From: Octopus vulgaris
Taxonomy: Eukaryota
Direction of reading: 5' to 3'
DNA: 64,000 nt
NCBI GenBank assembly: GCA_951406725.2
Contig: OX597828.1
Location: 29,326,001 to 29,390,000, forward strand
In this document: positions 40,631 to 54,630 of the stretch, one piece after another
Layout of the letters: each line of letters begins with the position of its first letter
How positions within the stretch are numbered: position 1 is the first letter of the stretch
Notes under the pieces: generated by a model
What the model was told of the DNA's origin: nothing
The model's database searches: none
What the model saw: only the letters and a program-made list of their open reading frames with translations
Program-made: the position numbers and the translations under genes

Positions 40631-40676
40631 ATTTCAGTACCGGTTTCGGTCATTTTGAGACCTTTTCAACTGTAAC
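40631..40676 (-). ncRNA. Minimal type I hammerhead motif, U3-A8 core variant
   Basis: Minus strand: guuaCAG-UUGAAAA-GGUC(ucaaaau)GACC-GAAAC-cg-GUA/CUGaaau; palindromic helix III ACCGGU. Confidence 0.7.
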
Positions 40677-40976
40677 GATTAAATAATTAAATTTAGAAAC
40701 ATTAAAAGAAAAGTTTTTTTAAAGGAATATTTGTATAGTGTTCAAATATAAGTGGCATTCTGCCTTTCTCTGTCTCCCTTGTTTGCACTTGTGTGTTCGA
40801 GGCCTATATATATATAGGCGTGGCTGCGCGGTAAGAAGCTTGCCTCCCAATCTTGTGGTTCTGGGTGGTCCAGATTCAGCCCCACAGCGTGTTGGGCAAG
40901 TGTTTTCTACTATAGTCTCGGGCTGACCAAAGCCTTGTGAGTAGGTTTGGTAGACGGAAACTGAAAGAAGCTCGTC

Positions 40977-41027
<51 letters not shown>

Positions 41028-42518
41028 CATGTATGTATATATGCATGTGTGTGTCTTTATGTCTGTGTTTATCCCCCGCCACCGCTTGACAACCGGTGTT
41101 GGTGTGTTTATGGCAACAGTACTTAACCGTTTTGCAAAAAGAAACCGATAGAATAAGTACCAGGCTTTAAAAAATATTGACTAAAACCCTTCAAGGCGGT
41201 GCCCCAGCATGGCCGTAATCAAATGTGTAAAACAAGTAAAAGATAAAAGATGTGTGTGTGTGTGTGTGAGTATTTGTCCCACACCGCCGCTTGACACCCG
41301 GTGTTGGGTTGCTTATGTCCCCGTAAGAATAAGCACCAGACTGAAAGTTAAGTACCGTGGTCGATGGTTTGGGTTAAAACCGTCAAGGTGGTGCTCCAGC
41401 ATGACCGCCGTCCAGTAACTGAAAGAAGTAAAAAAAATACGAGGTGCACCAATAATTTATTATGCTTTATTTGTTCCCACAAAGTAAAAATGATTGAAGA
41501 CTACCAACATGAAGCTCCGTTCTTTAATCTCAAATTCTTTTTGTATCACGGAGTAGAAAATTTTCTCGTCTTTTCTGCAATTAGCAGAAATATTACCTTA
41601 AACTTTTTGTTGCACAAATCAGCTATATATCCATGCAACATTTCATTATCCTTAACTGGGGAAAGCAGCTTTATATATCAATCTACCTTTTGGTGAAGAA
41701 TATCATGTTTAAAGCTATTTTTTGGTGAGTTATGTCAGGTTTATTGAGGCAACGTAACTTGCAAAAAATACCAATTCTAGTTTTGTTTGATTCTTTAATA
41801 TCATTACTGGAATAACTATAAAATTAAATTTCGCAGTTAAAGGGTTAAAATTGTCTGTTTGAAATGGCGAATTCAATTACATCTGTGACTCTGTAACCAC
41901 TTTTTCTATTGATTATCACGCTAAAAATGTCGGTGACAGTTCTAATTCGCAAAGGAGATTTTACCCCCCCCCCCCCACCAACCCCACCCGCCCCGAAACA
42001 GTCGAGTACACCTAAGGGATGCTTCCCAGGCTTAGACATTATCGTACGCGTGGTCGACAGTTTAAATATTTCGCTTTTTAATCACAGCTTAGAAGGGAGT
42101 TTCACTGAGCGGAACTTTGGGTAAGGTTTATTCTGCCATAGTCCAGGGGTTGACCCAGATCTTAGGAGTGAATTTGGAGACTTAGAAATTATGTGGTGTC
42201 TGTCGGATTGGCATTCCTACAGCTTCTGAGATAGTGGACCTAACCCATTGCTTTCCCGTCACACACACACACACACGACATCCAATTGATAAGTGGTTCG
42301 AGTTTCACGAGTAGACTTGTTTTACACGTTTTCTAAATTGTACGCGCACAAACAACACAACGCCTATATACATACATTGTGTTTGTGTTTATACCTACCT
42401 ACCTACCTACCTACCTACCTACCTACCTACCTACCTACCTACCTACCTACCAACCTACCGACCGACCGACCGACCTACCTACTACATATTGTGCATATAT
42501 GTATATATATATGTGTGC

Positions 42519-42561
<43 letters not shown>

Positions 42562-42746
42562 ATAATAAATCTCTGAGCAAGCTATAAAATAAACAGTAGC
42601 TGTACAACATCGAGAAGTATATTTGCCACCTAAATGTAGGTGACCCAGAGGGGACGATGCTACTGTAGCTTGTAGTCCCAGGAAGACATCTCCTCTAGCT
42701 GGCTATTGACACACTTTCTGTGCTTTATCAGTATTTGCAAAGGGAA

Positions 42747-42800
<54 letters not shown>

Positions 42801-42801
42801 A

Positions 42802-42908
<107 letters not shown>

Positions 42909-43795
42909 CTGTGTATGAATATTCCCTTCGTATTTGTAGTAAAAACAAACTTGAAACATGTTTACCAGAAAGTTCTTGAATTACTCATCCTATTGGTGTT
43001 TGTATACTTATATATTTCATATGTATATTTATATATTTTTGTCCCCTTACAATAAAAAATCAAAATTTAACAAAAAAAAAACAAACAAAACATTCACGTA
43101 AGTTTGATTTTTAAATATAGGTTATCGATAGGAAGATGGTTTCATTGAGATTGTCTTCAGGTTCCATAATTAATTATATTGTAGTCTTTGAGATTTAACC
43201 TGTCACCCGATTTAGCATCACTAACTGGTCAGAGAATGCACTTTGTGAAATGCATTCTAGTTGAAGGACATGGACCAGATTTCGGGTATGAAGATAAATT
43301 GCTCTCATCACTCTCTCCAGAAACCTTAAAACGGGTCGTAAGCCTGGCCCTTTCTTCTAGCTAAAACCGTTTGAGGTTTAACTGCAATTAACTGCAGGCT
43401 CTGTTGTTGTGGGTTGGAGGAATTAGCACTGTGTTATCTGTGGCTTAGATTTCTCCCCCACCGTCTTATATAAGAAAACGCATTCGTTAACCTGATTTTA
43501 GATACCCTTAAAAACACAAGATCTTGGGTTTGCTCAATAGGGTACAGTTGCGTTTAAAAAATACCACCACCACCACCACCACCACCACCACCACCACCAC
43601 AACAACAACAACAACAACAACAACAACAGCAAAAACTATTTTTATTTCTAGTGAATTTTAATGCCGAGTCGCATATTAGTACATTTTCATCCTAGGTGAA
43701 ACAGCGTTTCAAATATGGTGTTTGATTTTTTTTCTGTTTCAGGCAATCATTGGTAGCAAAACAGACACATAAACCCACCATCACCTCTACATATC

Positions 43796-43846
<51 letters not shown>

Positions 43847-44567
43847 ATGCGGCTATTGCCAGAATCGCAGTGTTTAGTTGACTAGCAACTGTTTATTGAG
43901 CTTTCATTTTTAATATAATGAACACTATATCAATATAGCAATTATTAGGATTCATTTGCTGCAGGACTGGTTGCTGTACATTAGCAGTGAGGGCGACTGA
44001 GTTCATTTTAACCAAGTAAAAACTTTAGCGAAGCAGTAGCAACGTAAAATCGAATTACATTCAGAAAAGTTTCTCAACGTCAACTGTGATGAATAGGATC
44101 TCCATGTGGTTCCTATTTTCAGCCAGGTCGACTGAGTCATGAAATATTTAACGACCTCTGTCTGGGTCACAGTATTTGCATCCGTGACAAGACACTTGTT
44201 GTTCACGAAATATTTTGGAGCCGGTAACCAATCGATACAACCAATTTCTGCCAATTGCTTGCTGTGTTTCTCTTTTTTTTTCTGATTAACGCTATTGTGT
44301 GACTAAATGCTGTTGTTGGATTCTCTCGTCGCTTCGACGAATGAAGGTTCAGTGTTCCTAGTTCGATGCTTTGCTGCTTTGGGTTCATGTGGGAATTCAG
44401 ACCGATCTAGGATTTACAGATCTGTCTGCGATATTATTCGAGCATCGATGATATATTATGAAGTTATATGAATCTTTAAAAGAATAACACCGAAAAGTGA
44501 CCTGCTCATGGTATACTGCGAAGATGAAATAGATTTTCGGGCTAGGATGGAGTTGTGTTCCGTAACG

Positions 44568-44660
<93 letters not shown>

Positions 44661-47600
44661 GCAGGTAGACACACAAACACATACACACATATGTGTGTAT
44701 GTGTGCATGTATGTATATAGATTTGTGTAAAGATGGGGGAATATGGTGCAAGTATATAGATAGACACAAACATGTATGCATACAATTCCTCCATTATATA
44801 TATTTTACACATTCACATGCACACTCACATATATAGGCGCAGGCGTGGCTGTGTGGTAAGAAGTTTGCTTCTCAAGCACATAGTTCCAGGTTCAGTCCCA
44901 CTGTGTGGTACCTTGGGCATGTGTCTTCTGCTATAGCCTCGGACCGACCAAAGCCTTGTGAGTGGATTTGGTGGACGGAAACTGAATGAAACCCATCGTA
45001 TACATATATGTATATACCTATGCGTGTGTGTTTTGTGTCTGTGCTTCTCCCCCCATCACTGCTTGACCACCGATGTTGATGTGTTTATGTCCCCGTAACT
45101 TAGCGGTTCGGCAAAAATGACTAAGTATTAGGCTGAAAAAATAAGTCTTAGGGTCGATTTGTTCGTCTAAAACCCTTCACGGTAGTGCTCCAGCGTGACC
45201 GCAGTCTAGTAACTGAAACAAGTAAAAGAATAATAACGTATTGGTGAGATGTGAAGAAGACCCTACCTGGAGGTGTCAACCAACTCACCCTACCACCTTT
45301 ACTTCTCGTATATTGAATTCAACATGACATGAATGAAGCAGATGTGTTTTCTCTTCCCACATCCATTACTTCTAGCAAACGATTTCAACTCAAAAATATC
45401 CCCCTTATTTCGAGTTGAAAATTTTCAAAAAAAAAAAAAAAAAATGAAGTTAAGTATAAAAATAAGGTATCACCTCGGTTACGTACTTTACTGAAATGTT
45501 TGGTTAGTGACTTAACGACATATCGAACCTGACGTATGGAGCCTGTTGGTCGTTTATAGTTTGCGTTTTATCTTTTACTTTTACAGTACGGTGATGTGGT
45601 AAGTTTAGCAGAGATAACAATCCCTTAGAGTTCAAATTGGTTAATGAGAGCCCTAACCTTCGTCCTTTACGATGCACAAGAAAAGAAATAGATAGAAGAA
45701 ATATAGGGCAGTTTCTCGAATTGGCGAAAATCTGGTAATTTAACCCCCTACTCAAGAGAGGATCTATAATTTATTTGTTACGAAGGAATTAAGAAAATAA
45801 GCTGTGGATTCTTGTGATTCAAGAAAGGAATGCAAAAATAAAAAGAACTTGGAAATTTAATTTCAAGAAAGACCAGAGGAAAACTGCTCGGTGGTTGCAT
45901 GAAAAACAGACACATAACACAAACATACTTAATGTAGAGTGTGAAGAAAATATGATTAGTACAAAATACTCCGTAATGAGGTATGAAATAACAATATTTT
46001 AATAATTAATTCTGGTCAAGAAAGACAAGGGAGATAACTCTGTGTTTACACCTACTTTATTATAGCGTAGCTTAGTTGCAGTTTTAAGAATGCTTTATAA
46101 CCACAAGGAGTTCGTAAGCCAGATATATTCATCCCTGTTACCTTATAAAAACGTTGCATTATAGTTTAAGTATAGAATGGTGTCGAGCTGGCAGAATCGT
46201 TAGTGCACCGAACAAAATGCTTATCGTTAATTCTTCCGGCTTTATGATCCGAGTTAAGATTTCGCCGAAGTCTACTTTGTCTTTCGGGATGGATGAAATA
46301 AAGCCAGTTGGAATAAGTACCACCAGGATCCATGTTATCGCGTAACTCCCTTCCCCATAATTCAAGCCCTTGTGCCTGCAAGAGAAAGAAAGCTTTACTT
46401 CTCAATAGAGAATAGCAATCAAACCTGGGTATGTTATTTATAATACACAAGTGCAGAGAAAGATTTCTTTCACATCAGTTTAATACGACAAACTAGAATT
46501 GTTCGTAACTTTAGTGAAGTGTGAGTGATTCTTAGAAACAATGGAAACTGCGTCGCACTATCGACTTGCTGGGAACCAATTACTGCACTACAGTGACTGT
46601 TAGTTATTTAGTACAACAACAACAATACAATATTGTTTATTAGCCACAAGTGCTCATACAGACGTATAAAAAACATTAAAAAGATGGGATTATAAAATCA
46701 TCGGAGAGTGAAAGGGGGAGAGTTATATATTTAAAAAAAAGACGGAGGAGTAAGGACGATGTAAAATGACCATATTAAAACTTGATAACGAGTAAACAGC
46801 GCATAATATTTAATTATACAGGAACTGAGTCAAGATACAACAACTTGAACAATGAAGTCCAAGCTGGGTCACTCACACAAACATGGATAGAAGCATCCTC
46901 GCTTGTTCAGGTGTGAGCGTTTCACGATTCTTTCTTCCTACCATTAATCACATTGCAAAAAGATACACCCGGAGGCTCTCTTAAGTATTTTTGTATTTTG
47001 CTTCTAGCGTCTTCTGGATGTTTCTGATTAATGCTATGATAAATTATTGATATGGTTTTCACCAACTTACTGTTGTTTATGTCTTTTGTATATCGTTACG
47101 AGATTTTCTCCCCCCAACACATCGTCTGCACATGTAGGAACATGTGTGTAGGAACAAATTATAATATGCAGTAGAAATTTATACAGGGTCAAGGGCTCAC
47201 TAACTGACCGGAGTACGCCCAAATGCAAGTAGCTTTGTGGACCAGAGACAAGACTTTTCGCTAAATATATAAGCTAAAGGGGTTACTTTGTCAGTTTTAA
47301 TTCAACAGAACCATCATTAGCTGTCGCATTTAAACGCGCCCCTAGCTTTCGTTATTGCCACATGTATCTTGTTACTATTTCCTGTTCCTGTATTGCATAA
47401 GTATGCCCTTCCATACGAAAGCTAAAATACAGATTGTTGGTTCAATATAGACTACTTTGGCCATGTATGTTATCATGACTCTGAAATTTCTTGACAGCAC
47501 AACCATGCGAAACTTTCTCACGAAAAGCAAAGAGCATTTTATCTGATGATCAATTGCAGCAGAACTGTTCAACTTCCTTTGAGGTATCTCCGCTCATTAG

Positions 47601-48099
47601 CAAAAAAAAAACATATTTTCTGAAGAGCTCCCGGCTAACTCCCATCATGCGAGTTGTCTTATATAATCAGAGTTGATCCACGGATGCCCTCCGGCGCTGC
47701 GTGGTTAATATATGTTATCGCGAGGGATATGGTTCAATAGTCAAAAATTATGTTAGGTATTTGCTTCCTGGTTGTAGTCTGAGGTAGAGGTGGATCAGCA
47801 TAACTACTCACATGAACATTTCTGGTGTTGGCTGATAACTGAGGAGGCTTTAGCATCGATAACCCAGATGCCATCTAGCGTTTAACCAATAACAAAAATG
47901 CTGGTATGAAGACTGGTAGAACCAAATTGATTTATTGTAGACAGGGGGCTCTGAGAACTGTATTTAAGAATAGACGAGGCTATGGAATACTCAACCACTT
48001 GCAAGTTAATCTAACGAGTTGGTAATTTAGGTGATCGAATAATTTAACGGTCATCGTCAAAACCGACAGCTTTTTCAAATCGCACATACATACATACAT

Positions 48100-48183
<84 letters not shown>

Positions 48184-48263
48184 GGGAACAAGAAATGTAA
48201 AGAACTTCATTAGCTTACAGCTGTTTCCGCTGTAAGACGCAATGTAGTCATAACTGGGTGCTT

Positions 48264-48362
48264 GCTCCGATGAGGCTATAAAGTGATGCACAAGAACGTA
48301 GCTATGTGTGCATTGCCTTTTATAGCAGAAACACCCTTTTATAGCAGAAACAACTGTAAGGT
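48264..48362 (+). ncRNA. Hammerhead-like motif with long helix II, plus an inverted partial copy at 48203-48244
   Basis: gcu-CCGAUGA-G-GCUAUAAA-GUGAUGCACA...UGUGCAUUGC-CUUUUAUAGC-A-GAAAC, a tandem duplication of about 19 nt, then aacu-GUA/AG. The inverted copy reads GAAAC-AGCU-GUA/AGC (palindrome ACAGCUGU). Confidence 0.6.
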
Positions 48363-48504
48363 AATGAAGTTAATTCCATAATTTCGTATTCCTTTGTAAT
48401 TTGTTTAATTACATATCACGCTCTGTATCCAAAAAATGCATTTTTCTGCAACATATGCATATTGAGTTCTAACACCAAGTTATCTGTATAGCTATGCCTA
48501 AGCA

Positions 48505-48566
<62 letters not shown>

Positions 48567-49042
48567 TTCTTTTTTTTTTGGAAGAGTGGATCTCGAAGGA
48601 CAGAAAGCTATAAACAAAAACATGCAAAAATTGGGTTGAAAAACCTTTTCGGAAACAAAAAGCTGAAGATTACCCGTGGATCTTGAACCTGCATCTCCCG
48701 CATGTATGACAGGTGTTCAACCATTGAATCAAGACAAGCCTTCATATTTCTCTGTCTATTTGAGAATCTATTTTCTTACTAATGAGAATCGTAGTTTGTT
48801 GATGTTATAAGAATTTCACTGAATGTGAAATGATTCTGTTTTTGAAATAGCGGATCTCAAGGCACAAAAGCGTGTAAATATTGGTTGAAGAAGTCCTCCT
48901 GGCACCCATCGAATTTTTCAACCCAATATATGCATGGTGTTATTTATAGTTTAATGTATTTTGAGATTCACTTTTCCAAATTATCAATAAAAACAAAAAT
49001 TTCACTTTCTCCTGAAATTTAAATTCCTAAAACAACAATATA

Positions 49043-49078
<36 letters not shown>

Positions 49079-49130
49079 TGTATGTATGTATGTATGTATG
49101 TATGTATGTATGTATGTATATGTATGTATG

Positions 49131-49162
<32 letters not shown>

Positions 49163-49876
49163 TATAAATGAATAAAGAGAGTCAAGAAGAAGGAGTATGT
49201 TTATTCTAAGGGTGAAAGAGCTTTATTTTGTACACTAATACGTACCTAATGGAATACACCTTAAATATATGCATATATATATAATTGTTAAAGAGGACAA
49301 CAAACAAAGGCGAGGCAATCATCTCATATTCCAATAATAATAATAATGCATATGAATTGAGATGTTTGCCTTGCCTTAATGTTTGTTGTCCTCTTTCAAC
49401 AATTGTATATCTGCTGCACTGGAAATCTGCAATAGCACCATGACTACCGTCTCAGCTATAACCTTGGAAGCCCTAGTAATCCGTTACAGCACTTACCTAG
49501 CGTTCCTAATCGTTTAGATTACCTGTGATCTAAACCCCATACTTTGTGCGTATAAAAAAAAAAATATATATATGTATATTTCTTTCTTTCTTTTTCTTTC
49601 TTTCTTTCTTTCTTTTTTTCTTTCTTTCTTTCTTTCTTTCTTTCTTTTTTTCTTTCTTTCTTTCTTTCTTTTTTTCTTTCTTTCTTTCTTTCTTATCTCC
49701 ATTTCTGCATCTCTTTCTCCCATTCCTCTCAGTCGTTCTACCTTTCTCGCTCATGTTACATTCATACAAAAAAGCAGAAAACAACCCCCCCCCAAACCCC
49801 TAAAATACAAAAACAAACACCAAGACCAAAGTTTATCGGCCTAAAATGAGAAATTTATGATAAATACCTCACATTC

Positions 49877-49920
<44 letters not shown>

Positions 49921-50026
49921 GGAATTCACAAAAAAACAACAACAACCAAGAAACAAAACAAAAGACGAAGATGGGTGTGTAAACAACAAACAGATGTATT
50001 AGTTTAACGCTCGGGAAGTAAGAAAG

Positions 50027-50064
50027 TCTTTTACGTTTCGAGCCTACGCTCTTCAACAGAATGG
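50027..50064 (-). ncRNA. Hammerhead-like motif (CUGUUGA core) in a (TA)n-flanked element spanning 49917-50120
   Basis: Minus strand: uu-CUGUUGA-A-GAGC(guag)GCUC-GAAAC-GUA/AAAGA; same family as 61819-62011. Confidence 0.6.
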
Positions 50065-50119
50065 AACAGAGAAATATACAGGGAGAGAAAATAGAAAAAG
50101 TTTTAGTGGCTAGCGATCA

Positions 50120-50180
<61 letters not shown>

Positions 50181-50226
50181 TGTGTGTGTGTGTGTGTGCC
50201 TATCTATATATGTATGTGTGTATAAA

Positions 50227-50260
<34 letters not shown>

Positions 50261-51460
50261 GTACATATAAATATATGCCTCTATCTATCTATCTACCTAT
50301 TATCTATCAACCTCTCCCTCTCTCTCTACACACACGCGTACACACACATGCACGCACACATATATACACTAAAACACTGAAAGTAGACAGTAGAACATCG
50401 CGGTTTTAAACCTTAAATCTTGTGAGAATAGATTAACAAGCAAAATTATAAATTCACTTCAAACATATGTTATCGAAAATTGGTTTGGACAATTGCCAAG
50501 AATTTACTTGATTTTCTTGTAGGTTTCTTCGATATCTTCTTAAATATAGAGTGTTAACGCTAGATATTAAAGCAAAGTGACTAAAGAAAGCCAGCAGTTA
50601 GATATATATATCCTCAACATTTATTCTGCATTCCTTATAAACCTATCTTATCTTTGTAAGCTTTGTAAGAGTCTGTTTTTACATAAAATAAAATAAAAAA
50701 TAATGATTTCTAATTTTGGTGCAATGCCACACATTTACATTGTGGAGTGAAAAATGCTGTCTTGATTGGAACTTGTTTCCACTGCCATGGAACGACGAAC
50801 CAACTTCTACGTGGAATTCTAATTTAATTATCTTCGTAGATGCAATGTTTTACAGTAGAGGTTCTTCGGCAGTCGAACACTAGCACCTTCCCTTTGAAAA
50901 CTATTGGGGAAATTCTTTGCAATCTGTCCCAAATCATTGAGAAAACAAATGATTTGGGGCTTATATACTTCTTTGTTCTTCGCCATGGCCCCGGGCAAGT
51001 TTTTATTAAACATGGCTAGTTGATCTCTCAACCTTTTTCAATTCTCACAGCTGGCCCCACTCCGAAAAACTCATCTTGGTAGGAATATTAAACCCCACTG
51101 AAGGCTCCGAACTGGCAGAACCGTTAGCACGCCGGGCAAAATGCTTAATGTTTAAAGTTCTGCGTTCAAATTCTGCCGAAGTCAACTGTACCTTTCATTC
51201 TTTCAGGGTCGATAGAATAAATAGCAGTCGAGCACCGGGTTCGATGTAAACAACTTACCCCTCCCCGATATTGCTGACCTTGTGCAAAATGTGCAACCAG
51301 TATTGTATCTCTTCCACCCCAGTACTTAACTGGAACATTATTGGACCGAATCAGGAAGAGGGTGAGGTTGCATTCGGTGGGATTCTCTCGATCTACTAGA
51401 AATAGCAACTATTTTCGAATAACGCTTTATCATCTGAGAAAACAAACACAAAATCTAGAT

Positions 51461-51623
51461 CAGTGATGGTCAGACTGCCTCCCGTGGGCCTCATACGAAC
51501 CACAAGACATTCAGACTGGCACGCGTAAACGAAATATTACCTTGAATAATTTTTCGTTGTGCGGCCCGCCTGATGATGAATCGCGTCTCAACCACCCCAC
51601 TTCCCGAAAAAGGTTGCCCATGC
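51461..51623. mobile_element. Degenerate hAT-like MITE
   Basis: Starts tctagat-cagtgatggtcagact and ends aaaggttgcccatg; TSD not clean. Confidence 0.4.
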
Positions 51624-53502
51624 TCTACTCTCGATAAATGCTAAACTCCTAATTATAGATCTGCTCAAACAAAGCTGACAAATACAGGCAAACAACAACC
51701 CCGTATGTATGCATGTATAATATATTTTATATGTGTGTATATCTGAATATATATATATATGTACAGTCACTCCCACACACACACATACAATACAGTGGTG
51801 TAGGCTTTTATAAAAGATCAATATGGAATAAAATATGCAAGCACAAATTTTAGTGATAAAATATTTATGCAAAAAAAATTTCGTTCAATAAAAACAAAAT
51901 TGATAAAATGGTAAACGCGCACCACCCTTTTTCTCATAATCGTTTTCCCCACTTTCTTTTTTTTATTAAACCATTCAATATTATCCCTTCCTGACTGTTT
52001 TTCAACAATTCTATTCTCCCTTCTATCCCGCCCCCTCTCTCTCCATTCTCTCCCTTTCTCTTTTGGGATTTTTATCTCCCAGAGAGATTTTGCGTTCTCT
52101 CACGTCTTCCTCTACGATCTATTTTTCGAACTCTTTTAATCTTCTCCCCAATCACATACACTCTTTCTTACTTATATTTCCAGTATTGTTGTCAATAGTT
52201 GCTATGACAACAGCGGCGTAATATGCGTGCTTATGCGCGCGCGCGCGCGTATCTAATGAAAGATCATTGTAAACCCCCATAACGATTATTTTGTACCAAT
52301 AACAATTCGAACAAACTACTTATATTCTACTAAATTTAGTCCCTAATATGAGGAAACGTTCATCTTATTACATTCAGAGGATGGTCACACTGATTGTGCT
52401 TCTTAAAATGAAGTCCTTTGCAATTGGTTTTGCAGATAATTTGCAATACACAACCCGTCTTAATATCCTAAACATAAAATTAGACTAACGAGTATGTTAT
52501 GATACTCCTTAGTTAACATTTAGTTTAGAGTTACAAACATACAGAGTTAGAAAGCTATTAAATTTGAACTCTTTCCGTTTTAAGAAGAATTATAGACATG
52601 AAATTCTTTGTAGAAATTCAGTAGAGGTGGTATATTCTTACTGTAAAAGTTTCGCAAGTTCAATCAACAATTTTAATTCCAAAAATATCTTCAACAACAA
52701 TATATTCGCTTCTATTTATAATTCCATTGATCCAAACAACTGCTCTCTAAAGGGTAATTGATGAAACTTCAAATATATTGTGCTAAGGTTTAATCTGATA
52801 ACGATAGTCTTTCCTGAAGTTATAACAGATGGATGTTATAAGAATCGTTTAAAGTTCGTTGTTATCAACATACGCATGCGTTAAGGAAACCTGCATTTCC
52901 GAACTTATTTTGTTTGTAAAAGAAAATTGTTCTGCAACGTATAAAGTTGAACGGCCAATTTTTGGATATTCTACTCCATATGTATATAGCAACTTGTGGT
53001 AAATTTATGCTGCCGACTTTGCTTAAGCAAAAAAAAATGTTCATAATATTTCAAGATATTCACAGTTTGAACGAATGATCTGTCATTTTAAGATACTGTA
53101 AACAGGCTTTATACCATTAAAAAAAAATATTAACAAATAACTAATTCAAACAACGGAATACTCGGCATGATATGAATTTTCTCATTTGATTTTACAAAAC
53201 TTTGTAGGAACCTGGTTACCTGAAACTATTCGCTTTACCACTTTGGAATTTCACTCAAGCTTTTAAGCGACGTATTTGCGTCTTATATACTTCTTTCATA
53301 TACTCATTTATGTGCTTTCATATATGTAGACGTTGTTTATGCTTCATGCATACTATTATACTACAAAAGGATGTCATACCTTCTAACAATCCTGTTTATA
53401 AAGCTAAGGTTATACATATCACCTCACCCATTAATATTCATTATTTCTTAATCAACCACCTTTCATTGCAATTACAATGTGCATTCATAACGGCATATAT
53501 AT

Positions 53503-53552
<50 letters not shown>

Positions 53553-53772
53553 TGTGTGTGTGTGTATGCATACATATATATATACACACGCATACACGAA
53601 CACACAAATACATATATGCTGCAAACACATCTACATATACATACATACATATATATATATATATGACAGTGCGTGTGCGCAGCTGCATTATATATGTAGA
53701 GGAATATATACATAAGCACACGCATATACGCATAAACATATACTACCAACCCTCTCTCTTACACACACACAC

Positions 53773-53825
<53 letters not shown>

Positions 53826-53943
53826 CATATATCTGTCAAATTTTCGAATGTAACATATATGTCACATCGTTCTTTTGTACATGAATACATATTGCAATTC
53901 AATCAAAACCAGATACCCATATGCATATGTATACATACATACA

Positions 53944-54009
<66 letters not shown>

Positions 54010-54137
54010 TGCGTGCGTATATGTGTGTATATGTATTTCTATATATATGTGAATATATATTCACACACACACACACACACACATACACACACGTATATAT
54101 ATACATATATAACATATATTACATATGCATATATATG

Positions 54138-54630
54138 TATTCTATTATTCTGTCATGTGTTTCAGCCCAAAGACTGTGGCCATGCTGGAGCACCGCCAGT
54201 GTAATCACCCTTTAATTGGCCAATTCTATGTGATTGGCTTTTGGTGAAGGAGGGAGTTGGACACTGCTGCCCTCTTTTGAGTCTCCTGCCTGGATAATGG
54301 TTCATCTGTGACCTTGGATAGTAAGAGGTCAGGTTGTTTCATGGAAAGCATGGAGATCCCCTCAGATGTTTTGGCAAGGCGTTGAATAGCCGTGGGTCCT
54401 TGAATCCTAAGCTATTGTAGTACATAGTCCTCACCTTAGATGGAACAGCTGGGACTTTTGGAACAGTGCAGTGACGTCCGATTCGTGGTCTGGCATAACT
54501 CTCAGTTCCAAAGTTGGTGCCAATCCCTCCAGTATCTTCCACACATATATCACTGCATACCTCTCCCATATCTTCGCTCCAGGGAGTAGAGTCGTACTCT
54601 TTCCGTCTCTCCCGGAGCTCAGCTGTTCCA
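54138..54630 (-). mobile_element. 3' end of a decayed CR1/L2-group LINE
   Basis: Minus-strand peptides ERYAVIYVWKILEGLAP, RIGRHCTVPKV..NSLGFKDPRLFNALPKHLR and DLLLSKVTDEP..RAAVSNSLLHQKPIT* (stop at 54226-54228), then 3' UTR ggcggtgctccagcatggccacagtc..ctgaaac. Confidence 0.85.

Noticed and set aside
43128-43168. Minus-strand ggaac-CTGAAGA-caatctcaat-GAAAC-catc-ttcc
   Set aside because: Core boxes and a partial helix I are present but helix II cannot pair; at best a decayed copy, so not counted.
43990-44400. Possible LINE endonuclease N-terminus on the minus strand (IELGTLNL)
   Set aside because: Similarity is too weak to support by eye.
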